This document shows, one piece after another, positions 26,281 through 34,917 of a stretch of 64,000 nt of DNA; the stretch's first letter is position 1, and every line of letters starts with the position of its first letter. The notes below the pieces were generated by a model. The model saw only the letters and a list, made by a program, of their open reading frames with translations. It searched no databases and was not told where the DNA came from. Source of the stretch: Candidatus Binatia bacterium (GTDB taxonomy: Bacteria > Desulfobacterota > Binatia > UBA1149 > CAITLU01); assembly GCA_035626675.1 (NCBI GenBank), contig DASPNH010000125.1:17596-81595 (forward strand), read 5' to 3'. A program made the position numbers and the translations under genes.

Positions 26281-27498
26281 CTACATGGTGCTGACCCGCA
26301 GCGACTCGAGCCCGCGAAAGCCGAGCTGATCGCGGAACCGCGGTGTCTCGTCGAGCTCGACCGTCGCGAAGCGGTCGAGCAGCTTGCCGATGGCCATCTG
26401 CGCCTCGCTGCGTGCCAGGCTGGCGCCGAGGCAGTAGTGGATGCCGCTGCCGAACGTCAGCGGTTCGACGCCCTGGCGGCCGACGTCCAGGCGGTCCGGG
26501 TCGGGATATCGCTCCGGATCACGATTGCCGGCGCCGAGCAGCGTCATCAGGTTGGTCCCGGCCGCAATGGCATGGCCGGCAAGCTCGATGTCGATCATCG
26601 CAGTGCGCTCGGAGAACTGGATCGAGCCGTCGAAACGCAGCAGCTCCTCGACCGCATTGGGCAGCAGCGAGCGATCCGCGCGCAGCAGCTCGAGCTGGTC
26701 GCGGTGCACGAGCAGGTTGTAGACACCATTGCCGATCAGGTTCGTCGTGGTCTCGAAGCCGGCGGCGAACAGCAGCAGGCCCATGCTGACGATCTCGTCG
26801 TCGGAAAGTCGCTCGCCGGCCTCCTCGACTTCCAGCATGGCCGTCAGCATGTCGTCGGAGCGCCGCGCACGCTTGTCGGCCAGCAGTGCGCGAAAGTAGT
26901 CGCCCATCCACATCGTGGCCGCGTCGGCCTCGGCGATCTGCTCGGGCGTCACGCCGATCTCGAGCGTCCGGGTGTTGACGCGCACTCGCTCGCGAAACTC
27001 GCCGCGGTCCTGCTCGGGCACGCCCAGCAGCTCGCCGATGACGGTGACCGGAAGCGGAAACGCGAGTGCATCCAGGATGTCGCCGCCGCCGGCCTGCTCG
27101 ATCGGCGACAGCAGCGCGTCGATGACGGCATCCATGCGCGGCCGCAGGCGCTCGACCATGCGCGGCGTGAACGCCTTGGCGACCAGGCGCCGCAGCCGCG
27201 TGTGCTGCGGCGGATTGGCGAACAGCAGCGAGCGGTCGCCGTAGGCAAGCGAGACGTGCTCGCGCCAGTCGGTCAGGCCCGACTGCATCATGAAGCCATT
27301 CCAGTCCTTGCCGCAGCGCGGATCGCGCAGGATCGCGTAGCAGTCCTCGAAGCGCGTCAGGATCCAGGTGCCGAAGCTGCTCAGAAACACGGGCGCGCAG
27401 CGCCGCATCTCGTGGTAGATCGGATACGGGTCGCGACGAGATTCGGGGTCGGTGATGAGACGCGAGAGCGCGGCCTCGGCGCCCGCCGCGCCGCTCAC
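26281..27498 (-). CDS. Cytochrome P450
   Basis: Heme-binding motif FGSGIHYCLGASLA (FxxGxHxCxG). The EXXR region ELLR is present. 405 aa. Confidence 0.9.
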   Translation of the reverse strand: MSGAAGAEAALSRLITDPESRRDPYPIYHEMRRCAPVFLSSFGTWILTRFEDCYAILRDPRCGKDWNGFMMQSGLTDWREHVSLAYGDRSLLFANPPQHTRLRRLVAKAFTPRMVERLRPRMDAVIDALLSPIEQAGGGDILDALAFPLPVTVIGELLGVPEQDRGEFRERVRVNTRTLEIGVTPEQIAEADAATMWMGDYFRALLADKRARRSDDMLTAMLEVEEAGERLSDDEIVSMGLLLFAAGFETTTNLIGNGVYNLLVHRDQLELLRADRSLLPNAVEELLRFDGSIQFSERTAMIDIELAGHAIAAGTNLMTLLGAGNRDPERYPDPDRLDVGRQGVEPLTFGSGIHYCLGASLARSEAQMAIGKLLDRFATVELDETPRFRDQLGFRGLESLRVSTM

Positions 27499-27908
27499 GG
27501 CGCCCAGTACCCGCGCAGCACGCCCACGCTCAGCATCGCGATTCCGGCCATCCCGCCGATCACGCCTGCCATGCCGACGGTGCGGCTGAACACCGGCTTC
27601 TGCACGAACTCGTCGGTGATGCCGGCCAGCCAGTTGTAGGTGTCCTTGACCGCGATGCAGACCGCGAAGAACACCATCAGCCGCGCCGCCAGCTCCTCGT
27701 TGTCGGGAGCCAGCGCCGAGACCGGAATGGCCAGCGACAGCGCCATCAGCATCGTACCGAACGCCAGCGGGCCGGTATGCGCCATGACGAGGTAGCGCGG
27801 CGCGAACTCGCTCTTCTGCCGCGCCGAGGCGAAGGCGAAGCCGGTCAGGACGCCGTAGACGATGTTGATGAGGCCGCCGCCGATCAGGACCTTCTGCGCC
27901 GGATCCAT
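27495..27908 (-). CDS. Small integral membrane protein (4 predicted TM helices), translationally coupled between the AhpD-like and P450 genes
   Basis: MDPAQKVLIGGGLINIVYGVLTGFAFASARQ... is hydrophobic. ATG 27908 overlaps the upstream stop, and its own stop overlaps the P450 start. The Arg-rich N-terminal track extension was rejected. Confidence 0.6.
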   Translation of the reverse strand: MDPAQKVLIGGGLINIVYGVLTGFAFASARQKSEFAPRYLVMAHTGPLAFGTMLMALSLAIPVSALAPDNEELAARLMVFFAVCIAVKDTYNWLAGITDEFVQKPVFSRTVGMAGVIGGMAGIAMLSVGVLRGYWAP

Positions 27909-28465
27909 CAGCGTGCTCTGGTGGCCGAGTCGACGACCTTCATGCCGACCGGCTCGTCCATCTCCACGTCCATGCATTCGGTCAGGCGCGCCAGCATCTG
28001 GTAGTACCCGATCGTCAGCAGCGTCTCGACCAGCTCGCGCGTCGAGAATTTCTGCGCGGCGGCGGCGAAGGTGGCGTCCGAAACGCGCGTGTCGCGGATG
28101 CTCTCGCTGACGAAGGCGAGGTAGCGGCGCTCGGTGTCGTCGAAGCAGGCCGCGGACAGGTCGTCGCGCTCCAGGGCATCGACCTGCTCCTGGCTGGCGC
28201 CGCAGGCGATGGCGATGGGAACGTGCTGGATCCACTCGTAGCGCCCGCGCAACGACTTTGCGGCGAGCAGGATCGTGAATTCGCGCAGCTTCGGGTCCAG
28301 CTGCTGCTCGCCGAGGATCGAGCTGCCCAGGCGCAGCAGCGGCCGGAAGCTGTTTACGGCGTGCGCCATCGTCTTGAAGATGTTCAGGTGCGCGGGCAGC
28401 GCCTCGAAGGCGGTGCGGATGTCATCGGATGCCGTTGCGGGATCGACGTAGGGAATGCGCGCCAT
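27908..28465 (-). CDS. Carboxymuconolactone-decarboxylase (AhpD-like) family protein
   Basis: MARIPYVDPATASDDIRTAFEALPAHLNIFKTMAH is a typical CMD/AhpD-like N-terminus. ATG 28465 has a GGAGG RBS. Confidence 0.7.
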   Translation of the reverse strand: MARIPYVDPATASDDIRTAFEALPAHLNIFKTMAHAVNSFRPLLRLGSSILGEQQLDPKLREFTILLAAKSLRGRYEWIQHVPIAIACGASQEQVDALERDDLSAACFDDTERRYLAFVSESIRDTRVSDATFAAAAQKFSTRELVETLLTIGYYQMLARLTECMDVEMDEPVGMKVVDSATRAR

Positions 28466-28493
28466 GTGCTGACTCCTCCCCGAGCGTTGCCGC

Positions 28494-29297
28494 TCAGGCC
28501 ATGAACAACCCGCCGTTGGTGTCGAGCGAGACACCGTTGATGTAGGACGCTTCGTCCGAGGCAAGAAACGCGATCGCTGCGGCCTGCTCGTCCGGAGACG
28601 AAAGCCGCTTGATCGGCATGAACCACGTGTAGGCCTGGATGCGCTGCATGCGTGCCTCGGCTTCCTCCGGAGAGCTGGCTGCTCCCACGCCGCCGGCGCG
28701 AATCATCGGAGTGTCGACTCCGCCCGGACAGATCGCGTTGACGCGCACTCCGCGCGAGCCGTAGTCGAAAGCCAGGTGGCGCGTCAGGCCGAGCAGGCCG
28801 GCCTTGCTCGAGGTGTAGGCGATGCCGCCGTTGGCGCTCTTGCTGCGGCCCGCCAGCGACGAGACGTTGACGACGGCGCCGCGGCCGCGCTCGGCCATGC
28901 CCGGAACGATGGCGCGGCACAGGAAGAACGGGCCGCTCAGGTTGACGGCGAGCACGCGGTTCCAGCGCTCGTCTTGGAGGCCGCCGATGCCTTCGAGGCC
29001 GGCGGTGTCGCCGGTACCCGCGACGTTGGCCAGGACATCGATCGGACCGAGCGCGGACTGGACGCGTGCGACTGCCGCATCGACGCTGGCGCTGTCGGCG
29101 ACGTCGCAGGTCACCGCGAGCGCCTTGGCGCCTGCGGTCTCGATGTCGCGGGTAGTGGCCTGCGCGCTGTGCTCGTCGCGATCGACGCAGGCTACGGCCG
29201 CGCCTTCGGAGGCCAGCCGCATCGCCGTGGCACGGCCGATACCGCTGCCGGCGCCCGTAACGAGGGCCACGCGGCCCTGGAAGCGCATCGCGTTCAT
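28494..29297 (-). CDS. SDR-family oxidoreductase
   Basis: TGAGSGIGRATAMRLASEGAAV Rossmann motif. Catalytic YxxxK, YTSSKAGLLGLTR. Start ATG 29297. Confidence 0.85.
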   Translation of the reverse strand: MNAMRFQGRVALVTGAGSGIGRATAMRLASEGAAVACVDRDEHSAQATTRDIETAGAKALAVTCDVADSASVDAAVARVQSALGPIDVLANVAGTGDTAGLEGIGGLQDERWNRVLAVNLSGPFFLCRAIVPGMAERGRGAVVNVSSLAGRSKSANGGIAYTSSKAGLLGLTRHLAFDYGSRGVRVNAICPGGVDTPMIRAGGVGAASSPEEAEARMQRIQAYTWFMPIKRLSSPDEQAAAIAFLASDEASYINGVSLDTNGGLFMA

Positions 29298-29499
29298 CGG
29301 TCCGTCTGATACTCCGCGGCAGCGGCGAAGGGAACAGTTCGCAGCAGCCGCCGCGCGAGCCGGCATCCGCTCATGGCGGATGGCCGCGACATGAGGACCG
29401 GCGTTGAGCCGATCCCGCGAGGGGAACGGTCGGCGAGTAACCGCCGCCGCGATCCGGCGTCCGAAGATTGCCGTCCGCGTGGACGCAAGGAGGCCCCTG

Positions 29500-30492
29500 G
29501 TGACGACGACGTTCCTGCTCGCCCTGCTGCTGACGCTGCCGACTTCCGTGCTGGCCGCCGACCTTTTCGTGCCTGGCCAATTCTCCGCGATCCAGGATGC
29601 GATCGAGGCCGCCCCTCAAGGTGCGCGCATCTTCGTGGCCGCCGGGCGCTACGTCGAAAACATCGACTTCGCCGGCAAGGCCGTCTCCGTCATCGGAGCC
29701 GGCCCCGAGACCATCATCGACGGGCAAGGCGTCGGACCGGTCGTCCGCTTCGACAGCGGGGAGAGCGGGTTCAGCATGCTCGACTCGGTCATGGTCACCG
29801 GCGGGTCGGCGACGCAGGGAGGCGGCATCCTGATCGTGAATTCGAGCCCGCGCGTGTTGCGCAGCGTGGTAGCGGGCAATCGGGCCAGCCAGCGCGGCAG
29901 CGGTATCCTGGTCAGCGGCGCGGCGGCGGCGCCGGAGATTCTCAACAACCTTGTCATCTTCAACAGCAACACCGGCAGCGGCGATCCGCACGCCATCCAG
30001 GTCGACTCGGCCTCCCCGCGCATCGTCAACAACACCATCGTTCGCAACGACAGCAACGCGATTCTGACCTCGGGAAACGGTGCGCCCGAGATCCGCAACA
30101 ACATCCTGGCGCGCAACGGCTCACGCAGCGGCGATTTCGGTGTGCGCGGTCGCGGCATCTGCGACTTCGCCGCGAGCACGGTCATCCAGTACAACCTCTT
30201 CTTCCGCAACGTCCGCTCGGCGCTGCTGACGGCGGGCCGCGACTTCGGTCGCATCCGCACGGCGCAGGCGGAGCTGGGGCGCGAGCGGCTCGCGTTCAAC
30301 CTGGATGCGGCGCCGCGTTTCAGCGCCGGACTGCTCCCTCGCAGGCTCGAGGATGCCACGCCATCCGACTTCGTGCCGTCGCGGGAGCGTTGGAGCCGCG
30401 CCATCGAGCGCGGCGACCCGGCGTCGCAGTACGACAACCAGGATGGTACCCGCAACACGATCGGCTTCACCGGCGGCCCGTATGCGTGGTGA
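29500..30492 (+). CDS. Secreted right-handed parallel beta-helix repeat protein (pectin-lyase-fold / NosD-like)
   Basis: GTG start at 29500 has AAGGAGG 6 bp upstream and gives the signal peptide (M)TTTFLLALLLTLPTSVLA. Repeated ..N.I..N motifs: ILNNLVIFNSN, RIVNNTIVRND, EIRNNILARN. Confidence 0.7.
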   Translation: MTTTFLLALLLTLPTSVLAADLFVPGQFSAIQDAIEAAPQGARIFVAAGRYVENIDFAGKAVSVIGAGPETIIDGQGVGPVVRFDSGESGFSMLDSVMVTGGSATQGGGILIVNSSPRVLRSVVAGNRASQRGSGILVSGAAAAPEILNNLVIFNSNTGSGDPHAIQVDSASPRIVNNTIVRNDSNAILTSGNGAPEIRNNILARNGSRSGDFGVRGRGICDFAASTVIQYNLFFRNVRSALLTAGRDFGRIRTAQAELGRERLAFNLDAAPRFSAGLLPRRLEDATPSDFVPSRERWSRAIERGDPASQYDNQDGTRNTIGFTGGPYAW

Positions 30493-30551
30493 CGCCGCTG
30501 GCCAGGATGCGCGGCGCTGCTGGAGCAGCCGTCGCCCGTTGGTCGGAACGA

Positions 30552-32120
30552 TCAGCGCGCGGCCGCGTCGCGCGTTGCGCTGGTATTCATGCTGCGCCAC
30601 GCCAGCACGAGGAAGAGCAGGCCGAGGGTGCCGCCGATGGCGCCGCCGGTCAGCATGGCGGGACGAAGGCCGCCGAGCAGGATCGACATCTTGCCCATGC
30701 CATAGGGCCCCAGAGCAAGACCGACGAAGGTCAGCACCAGAAGGTAGGCCGCGCCGGCGACGCCGCGCAGGCGCGCCGGCACCAGGTCGTGCACGGTGGA
30801 GATTCCCGCGCCGATCCACAGGGAAGCGGTCATCGTCAGAGGGATGTTGGCCACGTAGGCGACCAGCTTGTGCTCGGTGGTGAGCATCAGCAGCAATAGC
30901 GGGAAGGGCAGCACCGCGCTGAGCATGCCGGTGTAGAGGCGGCCATAGGGCGAGCGCTGGTGCCACCAGTCGGCGAGGGCGCCGCCGGCGGTGACGCCGA
31001 CCCATCCTGCCGCTGCCGCCGCACCTCCGACGTACAGCCCCACTTCCGACATCGATACGCCGTGCGCGCGCAGGAAGAACGGCGCGACCCAGTAGCCGAT
31101 GCCGTAGCTGGCAAAGGACAGGAAGCCGAAGCCCAGCGCGATCCAGCGCAGCGTCGGATTGCCGACGACGATGTCGGCGTCCTGCGGATGGCGAAGGCGA
31201 AGGCTTTGCGTCCAGGATGCGGCTGCGTACACGCCGATCCCGAGCGCGCTCCACTGCGCGCCGTCGCCGGTGATCGCGACCATCGCCCACGACGCCGCTG
31301 CAACCACGACGGCGATGACGAGGTTGCGGGTCACGGCCGAGGTTCCGCCCACGCCGTGCAGGTGCATCAGCGTCAGCGGCGGAATGACCGAGCTGAGCTC
31401 GCGGGCGAACTCGCGCCAGATCTGCGCCGCCGTCAGCGTCGCCGAGGCACGCGCCGGCTCACGCAGCGTCCGCACCCAGATCGCCAGCAGGATGCCCGGC
31501 AGTCCGACGGCGAAGAACGCGACCTGCCATCCGCGCAGGCCGAACGGCGCGGTCGTGCCGGCCCAGGCCGTGTCCCATCGGTCGACGATCTGGCCGCCCA
31601 GCATCAGTCCGAGGCCGGCGCCGATGTAGATGCCGCTCGAGTAGACGGCCATGGCGGTGGCGCGCCGCGCCGGCGGGAAATAGTCCGACAGCAGCGAATA
31701 GGCCGCCGGAGACGCACTGGCCTCGCCGACGCCGACGCCGATGCGCGCGATGGCGATCTCGGCGAAGTTGCGCGCCAGCCCCGAGGCCGCCGTCATCGCG
31801 CTCCAGAACGCCAGGCCGATGGCGATCAGGCTGCGCCGGGTCCATAAATCGGCCAGGCGGCCGAGAGGGATGCCGAAGAGCGCGTAGAAGACGGCGAACG
31901 CGGTTCCGAAAAGGAAGCCCATCTGTGCGTCGTTCAGACCCAGGTCCGCCTTGATGTGGTCGTTGAGGATGGAGAGGATCTGGCGGTCCAGGAAATTGAA
32001 GACGTAGACCAGGACGAGCACGAACAATGCGTAGCCGGGATAGCCACCGCCAAGGGCCGAGTCTGTCGGCGCCGAGGGCTGAGAGGAGCGATCGCCATCC
32101 ATGCAGGAGCGAACCTGCAT
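30552..32120 (-). CDS. MFS transporter
   Basis: 12-14 hydrophobic segments. MFS motif GIPLGRLADLWTRR. 522 aa. Confidence 0.85.
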   Translation of the reverse strand: MQVRSCMDGDRSSQPSAPTDSALGGGYPGYALFVLVLVYVFNFLDRQILSILNDHIKADLGLNDAQMGFLFGTAFAVFYALFGIPLGRLADLWTRRSLIAIGLAFWSAMTAASGLARNFAEIAIARIGVGVGEASASPAAYSLLSDYFPPARRATAMAVYSSGIYIGAGLGLMLGGQIVDRWDTAWAGTTAPFGLRGWQVAFFAVGLPGILLAIWVRTLREPARASATLTAAQIWREFARELSSVIPPLTLMHLHGVGGTSAVTRNLVIAVVVAAASWAMVAITGDGAQWSALGIGVYAAASWTQSLRLRHPQDADIVVGNPTLRWIALGFGFLSFASYGIGYWVAPFFLRAHGVSMSEVGLYVGGAAAAAGWVGVTAGGALADWWHQRSPYGRLYTGMLSAVLPFPLLLLMLTTEHKLVAYVANIPLTMTASLWIGAGISTVHDLVPARLRGVAGAAYLLVLTFVGLALGPYGMGKMSILLGGLRPAMLTGGAIGGTLGLLFLVLAWRSMNTSATRDAAAR

Positions 32121-32227
32121 GAGTCGCGCTGTTCAAGCCAGCAGCGGACATGCATGTGGCGCCGCGATCGTCGGATGAATCACGCAGTCCTGACAAGCAC
32201 AGGGATACGCGACCGGTGCGGCGATCG

Positions 32228-33103
32228 ATGAATCGCACCGCACCAGCCGCTTGCGACGCGGGCCGCCAGCCGGTGCTCGAGAGCTGCCCGCTGTGCGGCA
32301 GCCAAAGCGCGGCGATCGTGGCCGAGCACGAGGCCCTGTGGGTGCGCTGCGACTGTGGTCTCGTCTACAAGCGCGCCGGCGGGCAAGGCTCGGGCGGAGC
32401 GACCGAGGATCCGGGCTCGCTCGGCCACGGCTACGATGCCGACTATTTCCGCACCTACGCGCGGCGCCGCAACCGCCGCATCCGCAAGTCGCGCACGCAG
32501 ATCCTGGACGCGCTCGAACACGTCGATGCCGTCAGGCTCCTCGACGTGGGCTGCTCACTGGGCTACACGCTGGAAGCGGCGCGGGCACTGGGACTGGAGG
32601 CCGCCGGCGTCGACGTCAGCGAGCATGCCCTGACGCACTGTCGCGCGCTCGGCTTCGAGGCCAGGCGCGGCACTCTCGAGCAGCTGCCGTTTGCCGAGGC
32701 GGCCTTCGACGTGGCCATCCTCAAGCACGTCTTCGAGCACACCGCCGCGCCGCGCGCCGCACTGGCCGAGCTCCGGCGCGTGCTGAGGCCGGGGGGCGCC
32801 GCCTTCTTTGCCGTTCCGAATGCCGGCTACTTTCAGGTCGCGCGCGGCCGATCGCGCTTCTTTTCCGGCGAAGGCGGAGCCGCGCACTTTGTCTGTTATT
32901 CGCCCGACACCCTGAAGCGCATGCTGCGCGAGGAGGGCTTCGACCCTGCCGCGCTCCATCCGTGCCTGCTGCACCGCAGCGCAGGCGCACCGGCGCGTCG
33001 GTTGCTGGAAGCGGTCGCGCTGCCGGTTCGATGGCCGGCGTCCCGGATTCGCACCGTGTGGGCGCTGCGCAAGGAGTTCTGGCTCGTGGCGGTCCGCCGA
33101 TGA
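32228..33103 (+). CDS. Class I SAM-dependent methyltransferase with an N-terminal Cys-rich (zinc-ribbon-like) segment
   Basis: CPLCGS...CDCG. Methyltransferase motif I, RLLDVGCSLGYTLE. The start was taken at the internal ATG MNRTAP. Confidence 0.75.
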   Translation: MNRTAPAACDAGRQPVLESCPLCGSQSAAIVAEHEALWVRCDCGLVYKRAGGQGSGGATEDPGSLGHGYDADYFRTYARRRNRRIRKSRTQILDALEHVDAVRLLDVGCSLGYTLEAARALGLEAAGVDVSEHALTHCRALGFEARRGTLEQLPFAEAAFDVAILKHVFEHTAAPRAALAELRRVLRPGGAAFFAVPNAGYFQVARGRSRFFSGEGGAAHFVCYSPDTLKRMLREEGFDPAALHPCLLHRSAGAPARRLLEAVALPVRWPASRIRTVWALRKEFWLVAVRR

Positions 33104-33380
33104 GCCACGATACCCGCCGAAAGCTGAGGGCAACCGGTGTAACCATCACACCGTCGAGTGCAGACCCCCGGAGGCGTGACGGCGAGGATGCACGAGCGAA
33201 GGGACAAAAATGCGACGTTTCACTCGTAGACACGCATTCAGAATAGGCCGCGACCGCGGCTCGTCTTACTGACTCCACGAGCACCTTGTACGATCGGACA
33301 TGTCTCGAGTGGGCGGCGGATCTGCGCCGCTCTACTGGAGAGATGCGAAAGCGTACGAATTGCACAGCAAGGAGACACAC

Positions 33381-33713
33381 ATGAAGACCAAGCAGCTTGC
33401 GATTCCGATGGCGATGGCGATCGCCATGTTTGCAACCGTGACCGTGGCCAATGCCGACATGGCCGTCACCACCAAGACCACGACCTACTCGGGCACCGTA
33501 TCCGAGATCAACCCCGGCAGCTCGACGATGATCCTGAAGTCGGAGACCTCTCCGACTCCGGTGACCTACTCGTTCACGCCGCAGACGGTGTTCGTGGATT
33601 CCGCTGGCAACACCGTCACCGTGGATGCCATCCGATCCAAGCCGGTCAACGTCGAGTACATCACCGAGGGCGACAAGACGGTCGTCCGCAAGGTGACCGT
33701 CATCAACAAGTAA
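33381..33713 (+). CDS. Small secreted protein, paralog 1 of a tandem pair (unknown family)
   Basis: Signal peptide MKTKQLAIPMAMAIAMFATVTVANA. AAGGAGA RBS. It shares YSGTVSEINP..ILKSE..PVTY.FTPQTVFVD..GNTV...AIR..PV.VEY with the downstream gene. Confidence 0.7.
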   Translation: MKTKQLAIPMAMAIAMFATVTVANADMAVTTKTTTYSGTVSEINPGSSTMILKSETSPTPVTYSFTPQTVFVDSAGNTVTVDAIRSKPVNVEYITEGDKTVVRKVTVINK

Positions 33714-33764
33714 CCGCGTCTGCACTGCAGACGTCGCGTCTGAGATGACCGCATGAAGGACCGG

Positions 33765-33806
33765 CATGCGGTGCGAGATGTACGTTTCGCACGCATGCCG
33801 GTTTGC
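33765..33806 (+). terminator. Strong hairpin (10-bp perfect stem ccggcatgcg/cgcatgccgg with a nested inner stem) followed by a T-rich tract, between the two paralogous genes
   Basis: ccggcatgcggtgcgagatgtacgtttcgcacgcatgccggtttgcggttttgg, read directly. Confidence 0.55.
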
Positions 33807-33848
33807 GGTTTTGGCGGGCGCACAACCCCAAGGAAACAGGAAGGACCA

Positions 33849-34232
33849 ATGAAAATCACCAACCCCCTCTGGCTTTCTCTTACCGCAGGCATCGCACTGA
33901 CGGCCGGCGTGGCTGCCGCCCAGACCGTGGTGACCACGGGACCGACGACGTACACGGGCGTGGTGTCGGAGATCAATCCGACGGCCAACACCATCATCCT
34001 GAAGTCGGAAGCCGCCCCGGCGCCGGTCACCTACACCTACACGCCGCAGACCGTGTTCGTGGACGCCTCGGGCAATACGGTCTCGTACGAGGCCATCCGC
34101 AACGTTCCGGTGACGGTGGAGTACTCGGAGCAGGGCGGCCGCACGGTCGTCACCCGCGTCGTCGCCACCAAGAGCACGGGCCCGGGCATGATCCAGAAGA
34201 AGACGGTGACTCGAACTGAAACCATCGACTGA
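33849..34232 (+). CDS. Small secreted protein, paralog 2 of the tandem pair
   Basis: Signal peptide MKITNPLWLSLTAGIALTAGVAAA, and it aligns with paralog 1 over the whole mature region. Confidence 0.7.
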   Translation: MKITNPLWLSLTAGIALTAGVAAAQTVVTTGPTTYTGVVSEINPTANTIILKSEAAPAPVTYTYTPQTVFVDASGNTVSYEAIRNVPVTVEYSEQGGRTVVTRVVATKSTGPGMIQKKTVTRTETID

Positions 34233-34314
34233 TCGATCGATGGACGCACGCGGCCGGGACGGTTCGACGCGCCCGTCCCGGCCGCGAGCACCGTTCCGAG
34301 AAAGGGAGCCGACG

Positions 34315-34857
34315 ATGGCCGAGAACCAGCCTTTCCTCACCGACATCCAGACCATTCGTGAACGCGCGCGCCGGCACATCGAACAGGGTGCCGTGACGGC
34401 AGCGTACAAGGCGGACCGCGAAACGGTCCTGCGCCTGCTCAACGAGGCACTGGCAACAGAAATCGTCTGCGTGCTGCGCTACAAGCGCCACTACTTCATG
34501 GCCAGCGGCCTGAACGCCACCAGCGTGGCCACCGAGTTCCAGGAGCACGCGACGGAGGAACAGGGTCACGCCGACGAGATTGCGCAGCGCATCGTGCAGC
34601 TGAACGGCGAGCCCAACTTCAACCCCGAGGGAATCCTCAGTCGCAGCCACGCCGAGTACATCGAGGGCACGACGCTGCTCGAGATGATCAAGGAAGACCT
34701 CGTGGCCGAACGTGTGGCGATCGACAGCTACACCGAGATGATCCAGTACATAGGCCACGACGATCCGACCACGACTCGCATGCTGGAAGGCATCCTCGCC
34801 ACCGAGGAAGAGCATGCCGACGACCTCCAGTCCCTGATCGAGGAAATGGGCTCGTAG
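34315..34857 (+). CDS. bfr: Bacterioferritin-family (ferritin-like diiron) protein
   Basis: Diiron ligand pattern E...EFQEH...E...EEEH. LRYKRHYFMASG resembles the Bfr helix A/B. Start ATG 34315 has a GGGAG RBS. Confidence 0.7.
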   Translation: MAENQPFLTDIQTIRERARRHIEQGAVTAAYKADRETVLRLLNEALATEIVCVLRYKRHYFMASGLNATSVATEFQEHATEEQGHADEIAQRIVQLNGEPNFNPEGILSRSHAEYIEGTTLLEMIKEDLVAERVAIDSYTEMIQYIGHDDPTTTRMLEGILATEEEHADDLQSLIEEMGS

Positions 34858-34860
34858 CCG

Positions 34861-34917
34861 AAAAAGGGGTCAGGCACTTTTCCGGCAGCGGAAAAGGCGC
34901 CTGATTCCTTTTTTTCT
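34861..34917. terminator. Bidirectional terminator between convergent genes; GGGTCAGGCAC-TTTTCCGGCAG element with A5 and T7 flanks
   Basis: aaaaaggggtcaggcacttttccggcagcggaaaaggcgcctgattccttttttt. Confidence 0.65.

Noticed and set aside
32721-34442. 573-aa - strand Arg-rich ORF
   Set aside because: It overlaps four motif-supported + strand genes (methyltransferase, two secreted paralogs, bfr). The composition is typical of out-of-frame GC-rich translation.
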